Source: Anaerohalosphaeraceae bacterium | Lineage (GTDB): Bacteria > Planctomycetota > Phycisphaerae > Sedimentisphaerales > Anaerohalosphaeraceae | Direction of reading: 5' to 3' | DNA: 64,000 nucleotides | Assembly (NCBI GenBank): GCA_050309605.1 | Contig: JBNRMN010000021.1 | Coordinates: 46,743 to 110,742 of the forward strand | Shown here: piece by piece, positions 19,330 through 28,317 of the stretch | Layout: each line of letters opens with the position of its first letter | Position numbering within the stretch: the stretch's first letter is position 1 | Position numbers and translations under genes: made by a program | Notes under the pieces: model-generated | Database searches by the model: none | Seen by the model: only the letters and a program-made list of their open reading frames with translations | What the model was told of the DNA's origin: nothing

Positions 19330-20376
19330 ATGCACATAAAAGCAGGGACAATACAGCCGACATTGATCGGCGGACTGGTTGTCGCAGCGGCCATCGCGAC
19401 CGGCCTGGCGGCGTTTTTTTTGATTGATCCGGGCCGCCCGCTGGCAAAGCTCGGTTCGGAATACAGTTATGATTTATCCGAGTACGCTGCGATTGATCCC
19501 GACTTGATTCTTTATGAGCAGGTCGGCGAGCCGTTTTCGACCGGCTTATCGCAAAGTCGGGTGATTGTCGTTGGCCCCAAGGGCACGATATGGATCGCCG
19601 GCGACCAACAGCTTGTCGAATTCAGTCTTGATGGCCGGCGTCTGCGAACCATCGACTGCGACGGCGAGCCGACTTGTCTTGCTCTGGATGCTGACGGTCG
19701 GTTGTATGTCGGTCTGATCGACCATCTCGTTGTTTTCAGTCCGACCGGCGAGTTCATTGCCCAATGGTCTATGCCCCATCCCGACGCCCTGCTGACGTCA
19801 GTGGCGGTGCTGGGTGATTCGATTTTTGCCGCCGAGGCCGAGCGTAAGACGGTTTTGCGATTCGACAAGGACGGCGCACTCATCGCGCAGTTCGGCCAAG
19901 CCAATCCCGAACGCAATCATCCGGGGTATGTCATTCCCAGTCCTTACGGCTTTAATCTGGCCGCGGCGCCGGACGGCTTGCTGCGGATCGTTAATTCGGG
20001 GCGGCATCTGATTGAGGCCTGGACGATTGACGGGCATCGGGAGTGGTGGTGGGGCACGTCGTCAATTCGCGTAGAGGGCTTCAGCGGCTGCTGCAACCCG
20101 GCGGGGCTGGCGCTCTTGCCGAACGGCCATTACATCACCAGCGAAAAAGGACTGGTACGCATTAAAGAATACGACGACCACGGACGGTTTATCGGCGTGG
20201 TCGCCGGGCCGGAGCAGCTCAACTGGGTCGAGCCGCTGCGCGTGCACGAAACACCGCAGGATGCGCACGTCCGCGGATTCGGCGTGGCGACCGATGCGAC
20301 TGGTCGTGTGTATGTTCTGGATGTCTTTCGAAATCGGGTGCGCGTGTTTGAAAGAACAGAAAATGATTCAAATTAA
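19330..20376 (+). CDS. Membrane-anchored NHL-repeat / 6-bladed beta-propeller protein with GCCNP motif
   Basis: N-terminal TM; blades LALDADGRLYV, VATDATGRVYVLD..RNRVRVF; GFSGCCNP. Confidence 0.75.
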   Translation: MHIKAGTIQPTLIGGLVVAAAIATGLAAFFLIDPGRPLAKLGSEYSYDLSEYAAIDPDLILYEQVGEPFSTGLSQSRVIVVGPKGTIWIAGDQQLVEFSLDGRRLRTIDCDGEPTCLALDADGRLYVGLIDHLVVFSPTGEFIAQWSMPHPDALLTSVAVLGDSIFAAEAERKTVLRFDKDGALIAQFGQANPERNHPGYVIPSPYGFNLAAAPDGLLRIVNSGRHLIEAWTIDGHREWWWGTSSIRVEGFSGCCNPAGLALLPNGHYITSEKGLVRIKEYDDHGRFIGVVAGPEQLNWVEPLRVHETPQDAHVRGFGVATDATGRVYVLDVFRNRVRVFERTENDSN

Positions 20377-20638
20377 AGCCAACAATATGACACCACAACA
20401 CCACCCCAAACTAAAGCGGCGCGGTATGCTGCGGGCGTGTGCACGGTTCGGCATTGCACTGGGAGCGGTGCTGGGCGGCGCGGCGCTGTCGAAGCGCAAC
20501 GGCGGTCGGCTCGACGAAAACGCCTGTCCGGATCCGCGTGGACGAACCGGCTGCGGAACGTGCAGGCTGCTTGAGGCGTGCCGACTTCCGCGGGGTTTAT
20601 CCTACAAACAGGTGCGAAAGGACAGCGACTATGTCTGA
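20363..20638 (+). CDS. Small Cys-rich protein with Tat-like leader
   Basis: KRRGMLR plus hydrophobic stretch, then C-x8-C-x2-C-x5-C; overlaps both neighbours; start 20363 or 20387. Confidence 0.6.
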   Translation: MIQIKANNMTPQHHPKLKRRGMLRACARFGIALGAVLGGAALSKRNGGRLDENACPDPRGRTGCGTCRLLEACRLPRGLSYKQVRKDSDYV

Positions 20639-21188
20639 TAAACCGACCACGACACGACGGCGTTTTCTGCGCGAAGGGGTGTGGGGCGGCGTACTGGCCG
20701 CGACCGCGGCAGCGGGGGCGACGCTGGCGGCACGGGCCAAAAACGACCGGCTCGTGTGGCAGATCGATCCATATAAATGCATCGCCTGCGGGCGCTGCGC
20801 AACGCACTGCATCTTTACCGAATCGGCGGTCAAGTGCGTGCATTCGTATGCGATGTGCGGCTATTGCGATTTGTGCACGGGTTATTTCATCCCGGAACCG
20901 AAAGACCTGACTACCGCGGCGGAAAATCAGCTTTGTCCGACAGGCGCTATTATTCGGACGTTCGTCGAAGACCCGTATTTTGAGTACACCATTGTTGAAT
21001 CGCTGTGCATCGGCTGCGGCAAGTGCGTCAAGGGCTGTGGTGCATTCGGCAACGGCTCGCTGTATCTGCAAGTACGGCATGACCGCTGCGTCAACTGTAA
21101 CGAATGCGCAATCGCGGCGGCTTGTCCCTCGCAGGCGTTTGTGCGTGTACCCGCCGAAAAGCCCTATTTGCTGAAGGAATTCAAATGA
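20631..21188 (+). CDS. Tat-exported multi-[4Fe-4S] ferredoxin (NapG/MauM-like)
   Basis: TRRRFLR Tat motif; CIACGRCATHC, CGYCDLC...CP, CIGCGKCVKGC, CVNCNECAIAAACP; ATG at 20631. Confidence 0.85.
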   Translation: MSDKPTTTRRRFLREGVWGGVLAATAAAGATLAARAKNDRLVWQIDPYKCIACGRCATHCIFTESAVKCVHSYAMCGYCDLCTGYFIPEPKDLTTAAENQLCPTGAIIRTFVEDPYFEYTIVESLCIGCGKCVKGCGAFGNGSLYLQVRHDRCVNCNECAIAAACPSQAFVRVPAEKPYLLKEFK

Positions 21189-22498
21189 GCCGTGCATTCA
21201 ACAGGCGCTGGATTGTTGTAATGCTGTGGCTGGGGCTGTTTTCGGTGGCGACGGCGGTGCAGCGGTTTCCGCCGCCTCAATTCAGCGAACCGCGCGAGCT
21301 GCCGGAACCCACAACACCGCCGCCGCGCTCAATGACAATGGAGACCGTTGATGTGGCGGTGCTGGCCGCGGCGCTGATGCTGGCGGCCTGGCTGATTCTC
21401 AAAAAACGCCGTCGCGGGTGGATCGTGGCGCTGATGCTGTTTTCGCTGGGGTATTTCGGTTTTTGGCGTCAGGGGTGTATCTGTCCGATCGGCGCAATCG
21501 GCAACGTATCGCTGGCGATTTTTGACGCATCGTATGCCCTGCCGCTGACGGTGCTGGCGTTTTTTCTGCTGCCGCTGCTGTTTACGCTGTTTTTCGGACG
21601 GGTTTTTTGCGGGGCGGTCTGTCCGCTGGGGATGGTGCAGGATCTGGTCTTGATCCGCCCTCTGCGCATCCCGGCATGGCTCGAATCGGGGCTTCGGTTG
21701 TTTGCGTGGCTGTACCTGGGGCTTGCAATCTTAATGGCCGCGACCGCCAGTGCGCTGGTCATCTGTCGATACGATCCGTTTGTGGCGTTTTTCCGACTGG
21801 GGGCCAATCCGCAATTGTGGATAATCAGCCTTTCGGTCCTGGTGGTTTCGCTGTTTGTGGGCCGGCCGTACTGTCGCTTCCTGTGTCCTTACGGCGTGAT
21901 TCTTCGGCAATTGGGACGGCTGTCCAAATACCGCGTGACGATCACGCCCGATGAGTGCATTCATTGCCGTTTGTGTGAAGACGCCTGTCCGTTTGGGGCG
22001 ATAGACAAACCGACCGTCGAATGGCCTGACAGCCAGCGCGTCAAAGCGCGTCATCGGGCGCGCGTGCTGCTGATGCTGCTGCCAATGATCCTGTTGCTGG
22101 GCGGCTGGATCGGCTTCAAAGCCGCACCGGCACTGGCCCGCTCCAATGCCGCCGTTCGGCTGGCCGAGCGGATTCGACTGGAAGAGGCCGGCCTGGTTGC
22201 CGACCGGACGGATGAAAGCACCGCCTTTCGCACAACCAACCGCACGATTGAAAGCCTTTACACAGAGGCCGAGAACAAACAGCAGGATTTTGTCATTGGC
22301 TCGACGCTACTGGGCGGTGCAATGGGACTGTTGTGCGGCCTGACGCTGATGCGGACTCATATCTGTTTTCGGCGCGATCAATATGAGGCCCATCGCGCCG
22401 GCTGCGTGGCCTGCGGGCGCTGCTATCTGTCCTGTCCGCGTGAACAACTGCGACGACAACGACGAACTGATCTTCAACCGGCGGAGTCAACTGCATGA
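21185..22498 (+). CDS. Polytopic membrane 4Fe-4S protein (NapH/MauN-like)
   Basis: Multiple TMs; CICPIG, CGAVCPLG, CRFLCPYG (CxxxCP); CIHCRLCEDACP and CVACGRCYLSCP; ATGA overlap with the upstream gene. Confidence 0.85.
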   Translation: MSRAFNRRWIVVMLWLGLFSVATAVQRFPPPQFSEPRELPEPTTPPPRSMTMETVDVAVLAAALMLAAWLILKKRRRGWIVALMLFSLGYFGFWRQGCICPIGAIGNVSLAIFDASYALPLTVLAFFLLPLLFTLFFGRVFCGAVCPLGMVQDLVLIRPLRIPAWLESGLRLFAWLYLGLAILMAATASALVICRYDPFVAFFRLGANPQLWIISLSVLVVSLFVGRPYCRFLCPYGVILRQLGRLSKYRVTITPDECIHCRLCEDACPFGAIDKPTVEWPDSQRVKARHRARVLLMLLPMILLLGGWIGFKAAPALARSNAAVRLAERIRLEEAGLVADRTDESTAFRTTNRTIESLYTEAENKQQDFVIGSTLLGGAMGLLCGLTLMRTHICFRRDQYEAHRAGCVACGRCYLSCPREQLRRQRRTDLQPAESTA

Positions 22499-24237
22499 GA
22501 GACTATGACGATACACCTGAAATCAGTCCGCTTCGACAGGCCGCGGGCGGCACGGCCATTGTAACCGGCGTCTTCGGCGTGTTCATTGCGGCGCTGCTGG
22601 CGCTGCATTTGTATCACTACGTTGTCACTGACCCGGCGCGAACGGATGAACTGGAACAGTTGAAAGAGCAGTACACCCGCGAGCCGACTAATGCGCAACT
22701 GGCCGAACGCATTTATGAACTGGATATTCAGACGCGGCGGGATCAGTTTGCCCGATTGTATTTCCTGCAGCGCGGCACCTTGCTGCTGGTGATTGATTTG
22801 GCGGTCTTTGTATCGGCGGTTTTGATTCGTACGCAACATTGGCGCACGCCCGCCCTGCCGGATGCGGCCGGCGACCGCAAAACCGAACAAATCCGCCACG
22901 CGCTGCATGTACGTACGGCGGTTACGCTGACGGCGGTTGTGCTGGCAGGAGGCGGGCTGTATCTGGCGCAGCATCCTTTCGAAACTCCGCCGCCCCCGGC
23001 TGCGTCCGATGCAGCCGATCCGCAACCGGCTGAACCGGTGTATGCATCGTTTGAAGACACGCTGGCTCAGTGGCCGGCCTTTCGCGGCCCGCAGGGGCTG
23101 GGCGTTACCGAGTTGGACACAATTCCTGACGACTGGGACGGTCCGAGCGGGCGCAACATCCTCTGGAAAAGTTCGGTTCCGCTTGAGGGGCATAATTCGC
23201 CGGTGATTTGGGAAGATCGCGTCTTTCTGAGCGGTGCAACCGACCAGCAGCAGCAAATCTTCTGTTATGATCTCAACAGCGGGCAACTGCTCTGGGCCGG
23301 CGACGTGGCGATAGCCGACGATCCAGATCGCGAAAATATGTACATCATGGAGGATACCGGTTACGCCGCACCGACGGTCGTAACCGACGGCTATCGGGTC
23401 GCAGCCATCTTTGCCGGCGGCGACGTGGGCTGTTTCACCGTCGAGGGGGAACGTTTGTGGCATCGGCACCTGGGCGTGCCCGAAAGCGCCTACGGCTATG
23501 CCGCGTCGCTGACGGCGTATGAACAGAACATTATCGTTCAATACGACGTGAGTTATGAAGCCGGCCAAAGTCGGCTGATCGCACTGGACTGGCAGACCGG
23601 CCGCATCGTCTGGCAAACGCCGCGTCCCGTGCCGAACTCATGGTCGTCTCCGACGGTTGTACAAGTCGGCGAGACGCCGCAACTGTTGACCAGCGGCTCG
23701 CCGTGGGTCATTGCCTACGATCCGGCCGCCGGCACAGAATTGTATCGCGCCGACGCCCTCAGCGGCGATGTGGCGCCGACACAGGTTTTTGCCGACAACA
23801 AGATTCTGGCCATTGAACCGTATAACTCCATCGTGGCAATTCGTACTGAAGAGGCCAACGGCGATGTAACCGACACGCATCTGGCCTGGCGCAGTCCGGC
23901 CGACATCCCCGACATTTCCAGTCCGGTCAGCGATGGAACGCTCGTCTGGACGCTGAGCACCTACGGCACACTCATCGCATTCGATCTTTCGGACGGGAGC
24001 GAAGTCTATTCCGAGCGTCTTGATTTTGAATTTCAGGCTTCGCCAAGCATCGTCAATGACCGGCTGTATCTGCTGTCTGTCCGGGGGACGATGATTCTGG
24101 CCGAGACCGGGCGCCAATACCGTGAAATCAAACAACTTGAGCTGGGCGAAAAGTGCTACGCCACGCCGGCCTTTGCCCCGGGACGCATCGTTATCCGCGG
24201 CATCAACCATTTGTATTGCATAGGAACAGCACCGTGA
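22495..24237 (+). CDS. Membrane-anchored PQQ-like beta-propeller protein 2
   Basis: N-terminal TM segments, WPAFRGPQGLG, CYDLNSGQLLW, ALDWQTGRIVW, SWSSP; ATGA overlap. Confidence 0.85.
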   Translation: MRDYDDTPEISPLRQAAGGTAIVTGVFGVFIAALLALHLYHYVVTDPARTDELEQLKEQYTREPTNAQLAERIYELDIQTRRDQFARLYFLQRGTLLLVIDLAVFVSAVLIRTQHWRTPALPDAAGDRKTEQIRHALHVRTAVTLTAVVLAGGGLYLAQHPFETPPPPAASDAADPQPAEPVYASFEDTLAQWPAFRGPQGLGVTELDTIPDDWDGPSGRNILWKSSVPLEGHNSPVIWEDRVFLSGATDQQQQIFCYDLNSGQLLWAGDVAIADDPDRENMYIMEDTGYAAPTVVTDGYRVAAIFAGGDVGCFTVEGERLWHRHLGVPESAYGYAASLTAYEQNIIVQYDVSYEAGQSRLIALDWQTGRIVWQTPRPVPNSWSSPTVVQVGETPQLLTSGSPWVIAYDPAAGTELYRADALSGDVAPTQVFADNKILAIEPYNSIVAIRTEEANGDVTDTHLAWRSPADIPDISSPVSDGTLVWTLSTYGTLIAFDLSDGSEVYSERLDFEFQASPSIVNDRLYLLSVRGTMILAETGRQYREIKQLELGEKCYATPAFAPGRIVIRGINHLYCIGTAP

Positions 24238-26579
24238 GTGAGCCGGACTTGACATTTGTGGATCAAAGCGTTGAGCGCATCGGCAAAGCGCCGCGATTCG
24301 TTCTGCCGCTGCTGCAGGCGATCCAGGGGCACTACGGCTATCTGCCGAGTGAAGCGCTTGAGCGTCTGTGTGCTGTGAGCGATTGTCAGCCGGGCGATGT
24401 GTGGTCGGTGGCGACGTTTTACGACCAGTTTCGTCTGCGTCCGGCCGGCAAGCACTTCGTGCGGGTTTGTATCGGTACGGCCTGCCATGTCAAAGGGGCA
24501 ACTCGTATTTATGACGCCTTTCGTGACTATCTGAAGATCACCGGCGATGACGACACCGACACCGAGCGCCAATTCACGGTGGAAAAAGTCGCCTGTCTGG
24601 GTTGCTGTATGCTGGCGCCGGCGATTCAGATTGACGATGTCATCTATGGGCATTTGCAGCCGGAAACGGTCGGGCAGGTGCTGGATGATTTCCTGGCCCA
24701 GCAGGACAGCAAGCCCGCCGAGGAGCAGGATAAAGACGCTCACGCCGTTCATCACGGCCAGGCGCGAATTTGCCTGGATTCGAGCTGCCGCGCCGTCGGC
24801 AGTGACAAGGTGTACGCCGCGCTGAAACAGGTCGCTAAACGACTGCGTCTGCCCGTGCGTGTCAAAGACACCGGCTGCCACGGGATGTCTTATCTGGCGC
24901 CGCTGGTGGAGGTGCTGACCGAGGACGGGCGGGTGTTTCGATACGGCCGTGTCCAGCCGGCGGATGTCGAGCCGTTGCTGCGCCGACACTTTCGACCGGC
25001 CTCACTGCCGGCACGCATCGGGGCCAAAGCGGCGGATTGGCTGGATTCGCTCGTCGAAGATCGTCTGGACGAAGGACCGGTACGCTATACGCTGCACGTC
25101 CGCCCGCACGAGACGGATCGCTATCTCGGCCCGCAGGTACACATCGCCACCGAACATTTCGGCCACGCCGAGCCGTTGGATATTGAGGAATACCAATCGC
25201 ATGGCGGATTTACGGCACTGCGCCGCTGCCTGGAACAGAATGACCCTGAGGCTGTGGTTGCTGCAATAGAACAGGCCGGCCTGCGCGGTCGCGGCGGCGG
25301 CGGATTTCCTACCCATCTGAAATGGTTTGCTGTGCAGAAAACACCGTCGGACAAAAAATACATTATCTTAAACGGCGATGAAGGCGACCCCGGTGCGTTT
25401 ATGGATCGGATGCTGATGGAGTCGTATCCGTTTCGCATCCTGGAGGGAATGGCGATTGCCGCCGCGACGGTCGGGGCCGACGAGGGCTATTTGTATATTC
25501 GCGCCGAGTATCCGCTTGCCCTTGAACGGATGCGAAAAGCCATTGAGCTGTGTCGTCAGCACGGCTATTTGGGGCGCCGCATTGGCGGCAGCGGGTTTTC
25601 GCTGGATTTGCATATTTACGTCGGCGCCGGGGCGTTTGTCTGCGGCGAGGAAACGGCTTTGCTGGCCAGTATCGAAGGCCGACGCGGGATGCCGCATCTG
25701 CGCCCGCCCTATCCGACACGCCAAGGCCTGTGGCACAAGCCAACGCTGGTCAACAATGTCGAGACCTATGCGCTCGTACCCTGGATACTGCGCAACGGTC
25801 CGGAGGCCTTTGCCGCATACGGCACCGAACACAGCAAAGGCACCAAGGTCTTTGCACTGGCCGGCAAGGTGCGCCGGGGCGGATTGGTCGAAGTCCCGAT
25901 GGGCATTACGATCCGCCAAATCGTCGAGGACATCGGCGGCGGCATTGAACACGACCGGGCGCTGAAGGCTGTCCAGATCGGCGGTCCGTCGGGCGGCTGT
26001 GTAGCGGCGTCGATGGCCGATACGCCGATTGACTACGAATCGCTGCATCACGCCGGGGCGATTATGGGTTCCGGCGGTATGGTCGTGCTGGATGAGACCG
26101 ACTGTATGGTTGATATCGCCCGCTATTTTCTGGCGTTTACGCAGGAACAATCCTGCGGCAAATGCACGTTCTGCCGGGTCGGCACCAAACGAATGCTTGA
26201 ACTGCTGGATCGTCTGTGCGAGGGGAAAGGCAAGACCGGCGACATTGAAAAACTGACCGAGCTGGGACATCAGATTCAGCAAAGCAGCCTTTGCGGACTG
26301 GGCAAGACCGCCCCGAATCCGGTGCTGTCCACGATTGCCCATTTTCGCGACGAGTATGAGGCACATCTGCACGGGCACTGCCCGGCGTGTACCTGTCGGT
26401 CCTTGATCCGCTTTACGATTACCGACCAATGTATCGGCTGTACGCTCTGTGCTCAGCACTGTCCATCGGATGCCATCTTGATGAAACCGTATGAACAACA
26501 CGAAATCGATCAGGATAAATGTGTCCGCTGCGGCGTCTGCAAGAGCGTCTGTCCGGCCGATGCGGTCCACGTCGAGTAA
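24234..26579 (+). CDS. Fused HydC/NuoE-HydB/NuoF NADH-dependent Fe-S flavoprotein
   Basis: CIGTAC...CLGCC [2Fe-2S]; GLRGRGGGGFPT; GDEGDPGAFMDR; GAGAFVCGEETAL; GGPSGGC; SCGKCTFCR...SLCGLG; two C-terminal CxxCxxCxxxCP; GTG start in a GTGA overlap. Confidence 0.9.
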   Translation: MSEPDLTFVDQSVERIGKAPRFVLPLLQAIQGHYGYLPSEALERLCAVSDCQPGDVWSVATFYDQFRLRPAGKHFVRVCIGTACHVKGATRIYDAFRDYLKITGDDDTDTERQFTVEKVACLGCCMLAPAIQIDDVIYGHLQPETVGQVLDDFLAQQDSKPAEEQDKDAHAVHHGQARICLDSSCRAVGSDKVYAALKQVAKRLRLPVRVKDTGCHGMSYLAPLVEVLTEDGRVFRYGRVQPADVEPLLRRHFRPASLPARIGAKAADWLDSLVEDRLDEGPVRYTLHVRPHETDRYLGPQVHIATEHFGHAEPLDIEEYQSHGGFTALRRCLEQNDPEAVVAAIEQAGLRGRGGGGFPTHLKWFAVQKTPSDKKYIILNGDEGDPGAFMDRMLMESYPFRILEGMAIAAATVGADEGYLYIRAEYPLALERMRKAIELCRQHGYLGRRIGGSGFSLDLHIYVGAGAFVCGEETALLASIEGRRGMPHLRPPYPTRQGLWHKPTLVNNVETYALVPWILRNGPEAFAAYGTEHSKGTKVFALAGKVRRGGLVEVPMGITIRQIVEDIGGGIEHDRALKAVQIGGPSGGCVAASMADTPIDYESLHHAGAIMGSGGMVVLDETDCMVDIARYFLAFTQEQSCGKCTFCRVGTKRMLELLDRLCEGKGKTGDIEKLTELGHQIQQSSLCGLGKTAPNPVLSTIAHFRDEYEAHLHGHCPACTCRSLIRFTITDQCIGCTLCAQHCPSDAILMKPYEQHEIDQDKCVRCGVCKSVCPADAVHVE

Positions 26580-26604
26580 CAACACGGAATACACCGACCG
26601 CTCG

Positions 26605-26646
26605 ACGAACTAAAACTACGAACTACGAACTAAGAACTAAAAAACT
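26605..26646. repeat. Heptamer tandem repeat (ACGAACT-type, about 6 degenerate units)
   Basis: acgaact aaaact acgaact acgaact aagaact aaaaaact, directly before the GTG at 26648. Confidence 0.85.
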
Positions 26647-26647
26647 C

Positions 26648-28264
26648 GTGCCAACACTGACCATTGACAATCAGACGGTTGAGGCGCCTGATGGCGCTAC
26701 GATTCTTGAGGCAGCTCATGCGGCCGGGATTCACATCCCGACGATGTGTTATCTGAAAGGTTTTGCTCCCTCAACAAGCTGTATGGTGTGCGTCGTGCGG
26801 GTCGAGGGCGTCAAGTCCCTCGTGCCGGCCTGCGGGGCTATGGCGGTGGATCGGATGCACGTCACCACCGACAGCGACGAAATCCGCGCCGCCCGCAAGG
26901 CCGCCATTGAACTGCTGCTCAGCGATCATTTGGGCGACTGCGTCGGGCCGTGTCAGATGGGCTGTCCGGCGGGAATGAACATCCCGCTGATGCTTCGGCA
27001 TATTGCTGACGGTGATGACCGGGCGGCGATAGAAGTTATCAAACGCGACATTCCTTTGCCCGCGATTTTGGGCAGGATATGTCCGGCCCCATGCGAAAAG
27101 GTCTGCCGACGGGCCAAAATTGACCAGGCCGTGTCCATTTGTCGGCTCAAACGCTTTGCTGCGGACATAGATTTGGATTGCGGCGAACCTTTTGAGCCGT
27201 CTGTACGTTCTAATAAGAGTAAAACCGTCGCCATTATCGGCGCTGGGCCGTGCGGCCTTTCGGCGGCATATTATCTGGCCTGTGAGGGAATCGAGTGTGT
27301 CGTCTATGATGAACATGCCCGGCCCGGCGGTGCGGTGCGATATGGGCCAATTGATCGAAAGGTACTGCCTATTGATATCGTTGAGCGGGAAACGGGACTG
27401 TTGTTGAAACACAATATTACATTTCAACCGCAGCAGCGAATCGGCAAAGATGTCGCGTTTGATACGCTATGCCGAGACTTTGACGCGGTGCTCGTGGCCG
27501 CGGGCGACCCGATGCTGTACGACAGAAACGAGTTTGCACTGGATGTCAAAGACAACCACATCCGTGTGGATCGCCAAACGTATGCAACCTCGCGTAAGGG
27601 GGTCTTTGCCGCAGGCGGGGCAATCGGCAGCCGTCGATGGGCGGTGCGGGCGGTCGCCGACGGCAAAGAGGCCGCGGATTCGATAGCCGTGTATCTGGAG
27701 AAAAAACCCCTTGTTTCAAAAAAACCGTTCAACAGCCGAATGGGCGCCTTGTCGCCGGAAGAACAGAAAACGCTGCTCGCCACCGCCAACGCCGAGCCGC
27801 GATATGAACCGAGTGAGCCAACCGCCGGTTTGGACGACACGGATGCGCGGGCTGAAGCGCGGCGGTGTCTGCATTGCGACTGCCGCAAGGCCGAACACTG
27901 TCGCCTGCGTGATTTGGCGTTCGAGTTCAATGCCCGCCAAAGCCAATGGGCCGGTCAGCGCAAGACAATGCGGATTGAGTTTGGCAAGGATTGCGTTGTC
28001 TATGAACCGGGCAAGTGCATCCAGTGCGGCCTGTGCATTCAGACCGCCCGGAAAGCCGACGAAACAACAGGGCTGGCCTTTGTCGGTCGGGGATTTGCAA
28101 TGCGCATCGGGGTCCCGTTTGAAAAAACTTTGCCCGAGGCAATCGCCCGTGCGGGAGCCGAATGCGTCGCAAACTGCCCGACCGGCGCCTTGGCGTTTGA
28201 CGACTCTTCGCAGGATATGGAGAACCAACAGCAAGAAACGACAAATGAATCGTTCCGACAGTAA
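26648..28264 (+). CDS. HydA/NuoG-N-terminal-like Fe-S protein with inserted partial GltD/NfnB-like FAD domain
   Basis: IPTMC..SCMVC..PAC [2Fe-2S]; HLGDC..PCQMGCP, GRICPAPCEKVC; GAGPCG FAD motif; EARRCLHCDC..C; KCIQCGLC...CPTGAL; GTG start at 26648. Confidence 0.85.
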   Translation: MPTLTIDNQTVEAPDGATILEAAHAAGIHIPTMCYLKGFAPSTSCMVCVVRVEGVKSLVPACGAMAVDRMHVTTDSDEIRAARKAAIELLLSDHLGDCVGPCQMGCPAGMNIPLMLRHIADGDDRAAIEVIKRDIPLPAILGRICPAPCEKVCRRAKIDQAVSICRLKRFAADIDLDCGEPFEPSVRSNKSKTVAIIGAGPCGLSAAYYLACEGIECVVYDEHARPGGAVRYGPIDRKVLPIDIVERETGLLLKHNITFQPQQRIGKDVAFDTLCRDFDAVLVAAGDPMLYDRNEFALDVKDNHIRVDRQTYATSRKGVFAAGGAIGSRRWAVRAVADGKEAADSIAVYLEKKPLVSKKPFNSRMGALSPEEQKTLLATANAEPRYEPSEPTAGLDDTDARAEARRCLHCDCRKAEHCRLRDLAFEFNARQSQWAGQRKTMRIEFGKDCVVYEPGKCIQCGLCIQTARKADETTGLAFVGRGFAMRIGVPFEKTLPEAIARAGAECVANCPTGALAFDDSSQDMENQQQETTNESFRQ

Positions 28265-28317
28265 CGTCTTTATCGTCAAATTAAAAAACGTCAATGTTAA
28301 AGATTGGGAAAACAGCA

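Noticed and set aside
25368..26594. Long antisense ORFs (also 9051-10226, 22474-23616, 44357-45718, 52522-53643, 60215-61294)
   Set aside because: Shadow frames opposite well-supported genes in GC-rich DNA, with no motifs.
24234..28264. [FeFe]-hydrogenase, formate dehydrogenase or complex I annotation
   Set aside because: No H-cluster motifs, Mo/W-bisPGD domain, maturases or membrane nuo subunits are present.
26648..28264. Glutamate synthase small subunit (gltD)
   Set aside because: No gltB nearby, the NADPH-binding domain is missing, and extra NuoG-like domains are present.
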